From contig JBBIGR010000047.1 in assembly GCA_037447435.1 (NCBI GenBank), positions 1 through 35,528 on the forward strand: DNA of 35,528 nt, in the 5' to 3' direction. The DNA is from Fibrobacteria bacterium. Lineage in GTDB: Bacteria; Fibrobacterota; Chitinivibrionia; Chitinivibrionales; FEN-1185. Shown here piece after piece: positions 1 through 9,026 of the stretch (position 1 is its first letter; the number at the start of each line of letters is the position of its first letter). A program made the position numbers and the translations under genes. Below the pieces are notes generated by a model. It saw only the letters and a list, made by a program, of their open reading frames with translations, did no database searches and was not told the DNA's origin.

Positions 1-52
1 GTACCATGCCGGATCAAACGATAATGGGGTGCCGAATGGGCAAGAATAGGCA
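1..52 (-). mobile_element. Probable IS21-family terminal inverted repeat (partial, runs off the window edge)
   Basis: Minus strand reads TGCCTATTCTTGCCCATTCGGCACCCCATTATCGTTTGATCCGGCATGG: TG terminus plus ATTCGGCA/ATCCGGCA repeats 23 bp apart, as in IS21-type ends. It coincides with the point where the DUF2779 ORF stops looking like its family. Confidence 0.6.
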
Positions 53-1567
53 GATAAACGCCATCAATTCGTCTCTGTCTTTGACTTTGGTTGCATTCTC
101 AAGTGCCAGTTGCCGGTAAATCTGAGCAAGAAAAGTATTCTCGTGACAATGATATCGAAATATTGAGCCATTGTCTTTACTAAGCTGGTTTTTTAATTCA
201 CGCAAAAACGCGTAGTTTGGGAAAACGCCAGGTTCAAAAGAAATAAACTGGCCAGCATGAGCTATGTTTCCATTCTTGGAAACCATATGATGCGAAAACT
301 GAAATGCTATACCCTCATATGGGCGACGTCCGCAGTAAAAAGGTAATGCACTTGTACATGTTTCAAAGTCTATCAAATGCAGCGGATACACCCATTCGGC
401 AATTTCATCACGAAGGCCATTCCTGTCAAGATACGGGGTTTCATCGCCATCTTTACTCTTTTTAATTTGAAGCATTCTTCGTTCATGCGGTGAAAGCCCG
501 GTTTTTTTATTTTCGGTAATCACTTTAGGCCTTATGTCAACTTCACGAAGGTTTTTAAGAAAATATTTACCATCCTCAATTAAAGGAGTCTTTCCTCGAA
601 ACCCGGAAGACCACAAGTCAAGGGTAAGTGGTTTGTCGAAATCTGCATCCTTAAAATTAGCCAGACGCTTCCAGCATTCATGAAAACCGCTTTTCAATCC
701 CTGATCCATCTCCTCGGGAGTTGCACTAAATTCACAGTCTTTGCAATTTCCGCGTAAAGGCGAGTCGATGCGTTTATCGTTTTTGTAATTGTCTGCCAAG
801 AACCGGAGGTATTTCTCGAATTCCATTTCTTCGCCATTAGGCCGTACAATTGGGTGTGTAAAAATCCATTCTGCTGCCTGGTCTGTGTCGATTTCCACGA
901 GGATGTCGTTTCCAAGGTCTTTTTTCGTTAGTCCAGGTTCTATGACGACTTTGGTTCTATCATTCTCATCAACAATTTTAAATCTCTGATTCAGGCCATC
1001 AACACTGGCAACAGCATCCTTGTCAACCAGAAGCAAAAATGAGCGGACGGTTACGCCCTGTTTTTTAAGTGCATTCTCGATAACCCATTTCTGAAATACC
1101 ACATCATGCACATAATCGCTGATTTCGCTATCGATCCCTTTGATCTCACCGGATTTTTTGCTTTTCATGATTTGTCGATCACGTTGCCACGACTTTGATT
1201 TGACTTCGTAAAGGTATACAGTTTTATTTTTTTTGACAACAATATCGCATCGGACAAAAAAATTCTCGAATTTAAATGCAGGCTCGGCTATCACAACCTC
1301 TCCAGAAGCCTTTAAACGCTCATGGGTCTGTTCTATGGAGGTATCGTAGTCCAATGATGTAATAGTGATCTTCTGGCCATAGGGATCGTCGCAGAAACGG
1401 AACTTGGCAAGTTCACCAACCTGAAACCCTCCATTGGCCAGGGCCTGGAGAAACGTGTCATCCAGTTTCTGATTGGCATATTCCTTTTTATTGGTAAAAA
1501 AGAGTTTGGTTTCGCAATCAAGTGCAGTCTTGAAACGGGATTTTGTCAGGTATCGAGGTTTAGGCAT
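14..1567 (-). pseudogene. DUF2779-domain protein (Cas4-like PD-(D/E)XK nuclease plus RNase H-like domain), probably C-terminally truncated
   Basis: N-terminal YLTKSRFKTALDC, nuclease motif RCDIVVK..LYEVKS, CKDC..C cluster, then LHLIDFET..RRPYEGIAFQFSHH. ATG at 1567 has a purine-rich RBS. The ORF ends abruptly after ELMAFI. Confidence 0.75.
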
Positions 1568-1735
1568 TTTGGGTTCCTGTTCTTCCTTAACTTCCGTTTT
1601 AGAAATTGCTCCACCGTGAGAGCTTCTTATTATTATACAGCCATTAACTGGAAATATATCAAAAAAAATGCCAGCGTCCAAGGTTGCTGCTGGGTGGCGA
1701 TATATTAAGCAATTTGACTGATAAAAAAACTCCTA

Positions 1736-1768
1736 ACGACAATATCTGTCGTCCATGTCGGGTATCTT
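1736..1768 (+). promoter_or_regulatory. WYL-type operator/promoter box 1 (pcfJ-like gene)
   Basis: ACGACA-ATATC-TGTCGT (1736-1752), N10, TATCTT (1763-1768). Confidence 0.75.
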
Positions 1769-1807
1769 ATCCTGTAAATGCTGTTATTATAAAAAAAGGA
1801 TAATACC

Positions 1808-3091
1808 ATGATGATTATAAGCTCATCAAAAGCTTCAATTCTACAATTAAAACAATGGAAACCGGATCCCGCTTCCTTGCGGGAAGAAATATGGTTTGAT
1901 GACATTAATAAATATTTGTATATAGATTTCAGAAAAACCTGTGCCACCTGTCTAAAAATTGCAACATGGGACAATGGACTGTATGTTGAGCGTTGGAACC
2001 AGGTTCTTGAAACCTGGGAATCAGAAGAATGGGATCCAGGAATTCCAATACCACTACCAAAAGCTGGAATGGTTTTTTCACTCGACGAATTTTTTAGCGA
2101 TATTCCCAAAGAAGTTATTCGTGCGATAACACCTTTCAAATGGCGTCAATTTGTGCTTCTTAGGATGATACGGCATTTTCCTGAGACCATGGAACTTTTG
2201 CAAAGCAATCCGTTATTAGCTTGGTTTTGTGCCGATTCTATTGCAGAAATAGAGATTCCGGTTTCAGAGGTACGTAATTTGTTAATGAAAAAGCGCAGAG
2301 ACATTTGTGGGTTTATTGGCTTATCATCCACAGATGCCATGGTGAAACTGCTTGGAAAAATGAGAGCAGAAGAATACAGCCAGGAACTTTTGAATGATTT
2401 AAAATCGCTTTTACACGAAAAAGAAAATGTAATTAGGCTGCGTCATGTAAAGCATATTCCTGCGGATGAAATACTGAACCTTTATAGTCGTTTCGATTAT
2501 ATGATTTGGGCTTTGTCAACAGTTGATAAAAATGGCAAAACAGTGTGGAGTGAAATGTTGGATAGTGCCACAAAGTTTGGCTACAGAATCTGGTCTGATA
2601 CAAAAGCTCTTGGAAAAGACCTTTGTGTTGATAATCCTCAAAAACGTATGTCTCTTTGTAAAACATTTCGGGAATTACATAAACTCCACAACGATTGGTC
2701 TGCAAAGCTTTCAATAGAACGTGCGCATTGGCGGGCGGAAGAATTTTTTAAAGAGCACGGAACATATTCTTTTCCAAATCCACCAATTGCAGGAGATTTG
2801 GACATCGTGCCTATAACAACGATTTCCGACTTGCTTAATGAAGGTGCGGATATGAGACATTGTGTTGGTTCTTATGCAGACAGCATCATGGATGGTGATT
2901 GTTATATCTACCAGGTTCTAAAACCTCAGCGAGCCACCTTGGAGATTACAAAATCAGGAGAGGGAATGCGGATTTCGCAATTGAAACTAATCTGCAATGG
3001 GGAACCGTCTCTTGAAACCTGGTCAAAAGTAAAAATGTGGTTGACTAGTGCGTTGTCGCCGGCAGAACAGACCCGATTAGAATTTGTTTAA
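1808..3091 (+). CDS. PcfJ-like domain protein
   Basis: C-terminal LLNEGADMRHCVGSY..CYIY..RATLEI..ISQ..CNGEP signature; RBS AAGGA upstream. Confidence 0.8.
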   Translation: MMIISSSKASILQLKQWKPDPASLREEIWFDDINKYLYIDFRKTCATCLKIATWDNGLYVERWNQVLETWESEEWDPGIPIPLPKAGMVFSLDEFFSDIPKEVIRAITPFKWRQFVLLRMIRHFPETMELLQSNPLLAWFCADSIAEIEIPVSEVRNLLMKKRRDICGFIGLSSTDAMVKLLGKMRAEEYSQELLNDLKSLLHEKENVIRLRHVKHIPADEILNLYSRFDYMIWALSTVDKNGKTVWSEMLDSATKFGYRIWSDTKALGKDLCVDNPQKRMSLCKTFRELHKLHNDWSAKLSIERAHWRAEEFFKEHGTYSFPNPPIAGDLDIVPITTISDLLNEGADMRHCVGSYADSIMDGDCYIYQVLKPQRATLEITKSGEGMRISQLKLICNGEPSLETWSKVKMWLTSALSPAEQTRLEFV

Positions 3092-3099
3092 AAACTTTC

Positions 3100-3126
3100 C
3101 CCTCAGTCTCCCTGAGGGAGCGTTTT
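3100..3126 (+). terminator. Possible intrinsic terminator between the convergent pcfJ and WYL genes
   Basis: CCCTCAG-tctcc-CTGAGGG hairpin followed by agcgtttt. Confidence 0.45.
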
Positions 3127-3242
3127 AGAACCTATATCTGGATTTGTTTTGCGTATATAAAATATAATGTAAACTAATCCCATGCGAAGCATGAGGTGAT
3201 GTGCTCGCTAGAAGGAAAGGCGAGATTTCAGGCCGATGACAA

Positions 3243-4283
3243 TTACTTTCCATATTTCTTCGTCAATGTTTTTGCTACTACCTTCATTTCATTAATAAGT
3301 TCTTTTGGCTCCATCACAACAGCCTTGGGCCACGACAAAACCCAATTTATCAAGCCAAGCCCCACAGGTACATTCATGGTCAAAAGAAGGCCGGTTTTTT
3401 TATTTCCGGATATTTTTTGCGAGGAATGGAATTTCTTTTCAGTAAAAATCAACTTGTAATAAGGCTCGTAAGGAAAACGGACCGTAACTTTACATACCTT
3501 GGGTTCCACTCCATCGAACATGGCAAAGCTATTAGCCAGACGATCTTCGATTCGTTTGATTCGTTTGGGATCGGGAGTAAAAGTTTCGTTTAGCAGTTTC
3601 GCTGTTACAATCCTGCTGATTTTAATATAAAAATCCTTATCAATCTTTTCCGAAATGCAAACAAAATACAGCTCACCACAATAAAGCAGTAGCTTTGCAG
3701 GGCAAATAATTTTCTCGTAAGGTTCCTCCGAATTTCCGGAATGATAAAGAATTTCCAGCTTTTGTCTTTTAACAAGTGATGTTAAAATATTGTTGAAATT
3801 ATCATCTTTCATGGTCACTGTCGATTTTTCACCGAGCTGGAAGGTTGATTCTTCAAGTCGTTGGTCCAAATCGCCAAAAATGGTATCGTAGTCAACTTTT
3901 GAAGTATGGTCTGTCAAAGCCTCGGTAATATTGGCAATTGATTTTGCATCAGCTGGGAAAAAGGGTTGAAGCCGTTTTAAAAGGAAATATGCCAATAGCC
4001 CATTTTTCTGAAGCGGTACACTGACTTTTAACCGCATATCCGGTTGAATGCCATATTTGTTTTTACTATTTTCTGGTATGCAAATGACCGGAATACCTTC
4101 GATTTCTGTGAGTGCTTTAAGATCCCGCTGAACGTTTCGTAAGGTAACTGGTCCGTCTTGTTCCAGGAATTCAAGAATTTCCTGAACAGAATAGGTTTTG
4201 TTCTTGTTTCGAACAAAATGACAAAAGATTTGCACTAGCCGTTCGCCGCGAGGTGTTTCTGTTTCTTTTCCCATAGTATCCAT
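3243..4283 (-). CDS. WYL-domain transcriptional regulator (wHTH-WYL-WCX)
   Basis: wHTH VTLRNVQRDLKAL; WYL core ICPAKLLLYCGELYFVC..FYIKISRI; WCX LINWVLSWPKAVVMEPKEL. Likely start is ATG 4283 or 4274; the track start at 4313 lies inside the operator. Confidence 0.9.
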   Translation of the reverse strand: MDTMGKETETPRGERLVQIFCHFVRNKNKTYSVQEILEFLEQDGPVTLRNVQRDLKALTEIEGIPVICIPENSKNKYGIQPDMRLKVSVPLQKNGLLAYFLLKRLQPFFPADAKSIANITEALTDHTSKVDYDTIFGDLDQRLEESTFQLGEKSTVTMKDDNFNNILTSLVKRQKLEILYHSGNSEEPYEKIICPAKLLLYCGELYFVCISEKIDKDFYIKISRIVTAKLLNETFTPDPKRIKRIEDRLANSFAMFDGVEPKVCKVTVRFPYEPYYKLIFTEKKFHSSQKISGNKKTGLLLTMNVPVGLGLINWVLSWPKAVVMEPKELINEMKVVAKTLTKKYGK

Positions 4284-4290
4284 CCACTTT

Positions 4291-4324
4291 ATTATAAACG
4301 AAACTTGCGACAAATGTTGTCGCA
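4291..4324 (-). promoter_or_regulatory. WYL-type operator/promoter box 2 (promoter of the WYL gene)
   Basis: TGCGACA-AATGT-TGTCGCA (4306-4324). On the minus strand TGTCGC-N10-TATAAT (4296-4291), with an ATG 7 nt further on. Confidence 0.8.
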
Positions 4325-4394
4325 GAATGAATCATACAAATAATACCAGATTTTGATAAATAAAGCAATGAATTATTTGTTTCGGAAAGAAAAG

Positions 4395-4427
4395 GCGACG
4401 TTAGTTGTCGTAGAACTGAAGGATATT
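4395..4427 (+). promoter_or_regulatory. WYL-type operator/promoter box 3 (HD gene)
   Basis: GCGACG-TTAGT-TGTCGT (4395-4411), N10, GATATT (4422-4427). Confidence 0.7.
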
Positions 4428-4522
4428 AATCCTATTGCAAATTTAGAATAACCGGGGTATAATGAACCGTAGTCCTTTCTTTCCGGCATTTGTTACTCAC
4501 CTCCAATATAGGTATTCTTTTA

Positions 4523-5208
4523 ATGCAACATGATTTTCAACAGCAGATACTTTCGATTTTGTCCGAAGTCAAAAGAGAAAAGATAGATGGACTTATTCGT
4601 TTCCTTGAAGTGTCTGATTTCTTCACTGCTCCGGCATCAACAAAATATCACTTGGCATATGAAGGCGGTCTGGCAGAACTGTCCAGGGATGTTTACATTG
4701 TATTCAATGAAAAATGTATGGCATATTCCCTTGAATTCGACAAAGACTCCATTACTTTATGCGGATTGCTCCACGATATCTGCAAGACAAATTTCTATAG
4801 AAAGGGGATAAAGAACGTCAAGGAAGATGGAAAACGGATAGAAAAAGATGTCTGGATTGTTGAAGGCAGTTTCCCATTTGGTCACGGAGAAAAGAGCGCA
4901 TACCTTTTGCAGAAATACATCAAGCTTTCGGATGAGGAAGCCCTGCAATCAGGTGGCATATGGGTTTTACCGAGCCCAAAGCGCTGCACCGGCAAATGGA
5001 TCAGGCTGGAGAAAAATATCCGGTACTCATGGCGCTGAATATCGCGGATCTTGAGGAGGCGTTTTTGGTGGAGGGGAGGGGGGGGATAAAGGTGATTTTT
5101 ATGAAAAATTCTCAATGGCCTTTGAATACCTTCATTCTACCAAGAATGTATACCTGTCTCTGGTACGAAAAAAACATTAATAAAAAAAGTTTGAAATCGG
5201 GATGTTGA
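4523..5208 (+). pseudogene. HD-domain hydrolase (phage/MGE type), frameshifted
   Basis: DFFTAPASTKYHLAYEGGLAE, LLHDICK, FGHGEKS motifs. Adding one G near 4945 joins ORFs 4490..5038 and 4960..5208 into EEALAIRWHMGF. The usual GGLxxHS His reads Leu. The 3' end is uncertain. Confidence 0.75.
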
Positions 5209-5281
5209 AGACATTTTGAATGCTGAACCAAAAAAATAAATTTGTTCATACCAAATGACTTTTTTTTAAGGATGAAATAAT

Positions 5282-6346
5282 ATGGATGTCAAGGTTGGAG
5301 AAGATTCAAAAGGTGTATTTGCAATAGTTTATGGACCTAACGGTGTGCGGTGGTTAAGAGGTGCTACTGCGCAAAAATACGCGGAACATTCAGGTTTTGG
5401 ATCTGGATCTCATTCTTCTACTACTTTGGGTTATTTATCCGTGGCAACAGATGTGATTAATGCTGTTGCGCGACTTGGGCAATGGTATGAAATGCATCAA
5501 ATGCGCTTATTAGAAGAAGCACAATTTGAGGAAAGACGAATAAATTGGCTTGTAAGCTGTGTGAATCTCGTCCTTAATGACATGCATGCGAATAGTCGCT
5601 TAAATGCGAAGGCGGCATTTTATCTATCGCGTGAGGCGGAAGGACTTTACGAGGTCTGTGAAAAAAACTCAAAAGTAGGTATTCCTGGAACGGTCCTATT
5701 TATGTGCCACGAAATTCGCCAAAGCCTTGCTGAATTTAATATCGCTTCCTATTCCTACCTTTCGGATGTTCTAAACAAACGAGGTAACCTTGGTATAGGT
5801 AAATCTATTTATCGTGAAACGCTTGGAAAAATTCTTGGAGACGTTCAATTGCCAAGTGACGCTTCATGGCTTGAATATTATTCCGCTGAGGACCAGTTAG
5901 AAGCAATGTTGGGCTTGGTAGCCGAAAAGAAATCAATCGAAATTAACTGGAAAGATATAGCAAAGAGCGCTGTTTTATTGGCAGCATTTGTGCCGACTCC
6001 TATATTTTGGGCCAGTGGGGTTGCAATGCGTGTCCTTTATACTACTGGAACTATGTCACGTGGGGCGGTTGCAGCATTTGGTATACAACCACTCATACAA
6101 ATTGTTACAAATATCATCAATAGCAAGAATGATTCAAAACAAATGCAATTGATTGGTGAATATCATGATCTGCTATTATTGCGTTTTGAGGCTGCAAATA
6201 CTGCGCGACTGCTTTCAGTACAAGAACGATTTTTAGAAGCAACAGGAGAAAAGAATGTCGTACTTATAGGGAAGGAAAGTGCGATTGCTACACCCCAGTT
6301 AAATTATATAACCAGGCAAAATCTTGGTCTTCTGGAAAGGAAATAG
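5282..6346 (+). CDS. Hypothetical protein with hydrophobic, probably membrane-inserting helices
   Basis: 354-aa ORF with upstream AAGGATG; hydrophobic segments SAVLLAAFVPTPIFWASGVAM and GAVAAFGIQPLIQIVTNII. Confidence 0.65.
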   Translation: MDVKVGEDSKGVFAIVYGPNGVRWLRGATAQKYAEHSGFGSGSHSSTTLGYLSVATDVINAVARLGQWYEMHQMRLLEEAQFEERRINWLVSCVNLVLNDMHANSRLNAKAAFYLSREAEGLYEVCEKNSKVGIPGTVLFMCHEIRQSLAEFNIASYSYLSDVLNKRGNLGIGKSIYRETLGKILGDVQLPSDASWLEYYSAEDQLEAMLGLVAEKKSIEINWKDIAKSAVLLAAFVPTPIFWASGVAMRVLYTTGTMSRGAVAAFGIQPLIQIVTNIINSKNDSKQMQLIGEYHDLLLLRFEAANTARLLSVQERFLEATGEKNVVLIGKESAIATPQLNYITRQNLGLLERK

Positions 6347-6353
6347 GTATATT

Positions 6354-7328
6354 ATGCGATTTGCCACAGTTATTGTCAAAGGACAAAGCGCAAAAAATGG
6401 CATGGAAAATATTGAGCGATCTAAACTTGTAGATGCGGTAGTGAGAGCAGTTTTAAAAGGTAAGTTCGCTCCGCTCGATTGCTTGGTCTTTCCTGGCGGT
6501 TTTTTCAGACATGACAAACACATTGGTAATTTTGACTTCCAAAACCGCAAAAGATCGATAGAAAAAGAGAAATTCTCGCGCGAATGTACCAATGCAGCTT
6601 TCAAGTTGTCGAATTCTAAAGTTAAGACTTTTCTGGTATGCGGAGTTGATACACATGATAGCCTTGAGCTTGATGATTCCTGCGACCAGCTTGCAGTTGC
6701 TTGGAATTCTAAGGAAATTGTAGGGATCGGGAAGAAAGTTTGGCCGTCACCGGGAGAGCAATGGGACATAGGTACCTACACAGACGATTATGCAACTGAC
6801 CATAGAATTATCAGGTTCAATAATGAAAGAACAGCTGTGCTATGTGCCTGTTATGATATTTATGGTATCTCTGAAACACCAGTAAATCCGACTGGCAGAA
6901 CTAATTACATCCACTACATTAACACAAATCCGAAAAAGGGCACCTATATAACGGATGAAGATGGTCCTAACCCGGCATTTAAGATTGTACGTTCGTCATG
7001 TGTAGCATCGTTTCAAGATTTGCTGAAACGTAACAATGTTACGATTGCTATTTGCCCGGTACATGGCTTTAAAAAAAACGAATCTGATTTGTACTTTCAG
7101 AGGTTCGGCTTCGCTGTGAGTGCAACATATTTGAAGGGTATAACTATAGGCGCAGCCCATTACGCACCGAAACGTTTCCCACCCAAAGGAAAAGATGTCG
7201 TACTTGCTGCCAAGCCAGGTAACTGGAAAATCGGCAACTTGCGAAAGCATATTGAGACCAACACTTTTCACCCCGCCAAGACCATTAATCTTGCTGATGC
7301 ATTAATTCAAATATTTGAGTTTGTCTAA
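6354..7328 (+). CDS. Divergent carbon-nitrogen hydrolase (nitrilase-fold) protein
   Basis: DCLVFPGGFF (cf. DLVVFPE), IGKKVWP (cf. YRK) and AVLCACYD (cf. GxxICYD) occur in nitrilase order. ATG 6354 follows 7 nt after the upstream stop. Confidence 0.6.
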   Translation: MRFATVIVKGQSAKNGMENIERSKLVDAVVRAVLKGKFAPLDCLVFPGGFFRHDKHIGNFDFQNRKRSIEKEKFSRECTNAAFKLSNSKVKTFLVCGVDTHDSLELDDSCDQLAVAWNSKEIVGIGKKVWPSPGEQWDIGTYTDDYATDHRIIRFNNERTAVLCACYDIYGISETPVNPTGRTNYIHYINTNPKKGTYITDEDGPNPAFKIVRSSCVASFQDLLKRNNVTIAICPVHGFKKNESDLYFQRFGFAVSATYLKGITIGAAHYAPKRFPPKGKDVVLAAKPGNWKIGNLRKHIETNTFHPAKTINLADALIQIFEFV

Positions 7329-7427
7329 ACTTTTGAGCTGTATAACTATAAGTAAATAATGTTATGAGTTGATGTTGTCAATTAGCAAAAAACGTGAAAA
7401 CAAAAATTCTGATTATGATGGGTAAAG

Positions 7428-8687
7428 ATGGCCAGCAAATCAAAAACGATTCGTAGAAACATGCAACACCTCCAACATAATGGTGTCAAGCCACTTGCGG
7501 TAATAGGCAATAGGTCGGCACGCGCTGATTATTGGCGGATCAAAAATTGTATTTGGATTGCTCTTCATAATCAAAAATATGACATCAGGATTGAATACAA
7601 AATTCCCGAAATATCAACGCGGATAGAAGCTTATAAGTGTAAGTCGTATTACAAGCAATTGAAACGTATTTACAATTTGCTATTGCGATATGCTAAAAAC
7701 AGTAATAGTCTGAAAACAGACATGATCGGACATAGTGGTCACTTGGAAGATTGCGATGTTGTTCTTTTTCGTTGCAATCAGGTTGTAGAGCTTGATGAGT
7801 ATCACCACTTTAATAGTTTAAGAGGCAAGGTGCTTGATCTTTATCCCTCTAATCTGCCGTTAGCATTTAATCTCAAAGCGTATCAGAAAAAATGCACTGG
7901 GGCTAATATAAACGTTGTAAGTATTTGGAATGATGTGTTACGCGACTTTCTGCCTTGGATTGTTGGAATAAACCCTACAGTACGGATTGATGTTTCGGCA
8001 ATTTCGAATTCAATTTTTTATTTATCTGCCACAGATGTACTCAATTGTGTTATGGCTTCAGACGCTAAAATTAAATTTTTCAAGAGGAAAAAAGGGAGAA
8101 TATCATGTGGCAAATATTTAGATTCTGTATCCCGAAATGTAGATGAAGAAAAAAACATCATTTATAAATACCTTTTGGACAAATATAAAAAAGTCTGGTG
8201 GGGATACCCAAGTGGAGCACATGCGAAGCTAAGTGGATATCAAAACAGTAAGGCATATTCCAATTTGAAAGAAATCTATTCGGCTTTAGAAATTCAAAAG
8301 AAAAAGGTGAAAATTGGTAAATCCTTGCTATCAAAATGTGATATTTACATACCTGGCGAGAAGAGAATAGTTGAGCTGGATGAGGTAAGACATTTTACTG
8401 AGCCTAGGGCTACAGCGTTGAAAAACTACCCAAAGAAATTAAAAATTGCCTTTGATAAAGATGAGTATTCTGACTTTTGCAGCCAAATCAATTTAAAGGA
8501 TAACGATCCCCCAAATCGCGATGAGCAGAGGGCTTGGTTTGATACATTGAGAGACTTTTTGCCACTAAGCAGTGGTGAGTATAAACCAGTTATTAGAATG
8601 CCACTTTTTGAAACGAAAAAGACCAATTTGCCACTAGACAAAAGGTCAATCATTACTCGCCTCGAAAATGGTCTAAAAATTGTTTAA
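7428..8687 (+). CDS. Protein with two tandem Vsr-like/PD-(D/E)XK nuclease domains
   Basis: Duplicated motif CD..VELDE..HF..R..L..YP..AF..Y..C..W.D.LRDFLP in ~aa 38-190 and ~aa 241-392. Confidence 0.7.
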   Translation: MASKSKTIRRNMQHLQHNGVKPLAVIGNRSARADYWRIKNCIWIALHNQKYDIRIEYKIPEISTRIEAYKCKSYYKQLKRIYNLLLRYAKNSNSLKTDMIGHSGHLEDCDVVLFRCNQVVELDEYHHFNSLRGKVLDLYPSNLPLAFNLKAYQKKCTGANINVVSIWNDVLRDFLPWIVGINPTVRIDVSAISNSIFYLSATDVLNCVMASDAKIKFFKRKKGRISCGKYLDSVSRNVDEEKNIIYKYLLDKYKKVWWGYPSGAHAKLSGYQNSKAYSNLKEIYSALEIQKKKVKIGKSLLSKCDIYIPGEKRIVELDEVRHFTEPRATALKNYPKKLKIAFDKDEYSDFCSQINLKDNDPPNRDEQRAWFDTLRDFLPLSSGEYKPVIRMPLFETKKTNLPLDKRSIITRLENGLKIV

Positions 8688-9026
8688 TCTGCCCACTATT
8701 CAGGAATAGAATCCACCTGAGGTTTCCGGAATGGAAGTTTGATAATAAAGAAATGTTTATAATTCGGAATTGTTTAGATCAGATCCATAGCATCGCAGGA
8801 CTTAAAAAAACATCCACTTAAAATGTTGATTTTAAAACACTAAAGATCGTTACTGCCCTGTTTCCTTTTGAAATTATCGACGTGCAAGGATTAAGGAAAA
8901 GGCAATTAACAAAAGCGTGTTTAACCCAAATATCAACCCGCAAGCAAACCACACTGTTTATCCGGGAATGCTAACCTTTTTATGAATTTTTATTCACATC
9001 GCCAGCTTCTTTAAAATAAATTGGCT

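Noticed and set aside
1568..1681. N-terminal extension of the DUF2779 ORF in the track
   Set aside because: Family-like sequence begins at MPKPRYLTKS (ATG 1567), which has its own RBS
8688..9026. Long intergenic region as an ncRNA (for example retron-like)
   Set aside because: No convincing inverted repeats or structure seen by eye, and no reverse transcriptase in the window
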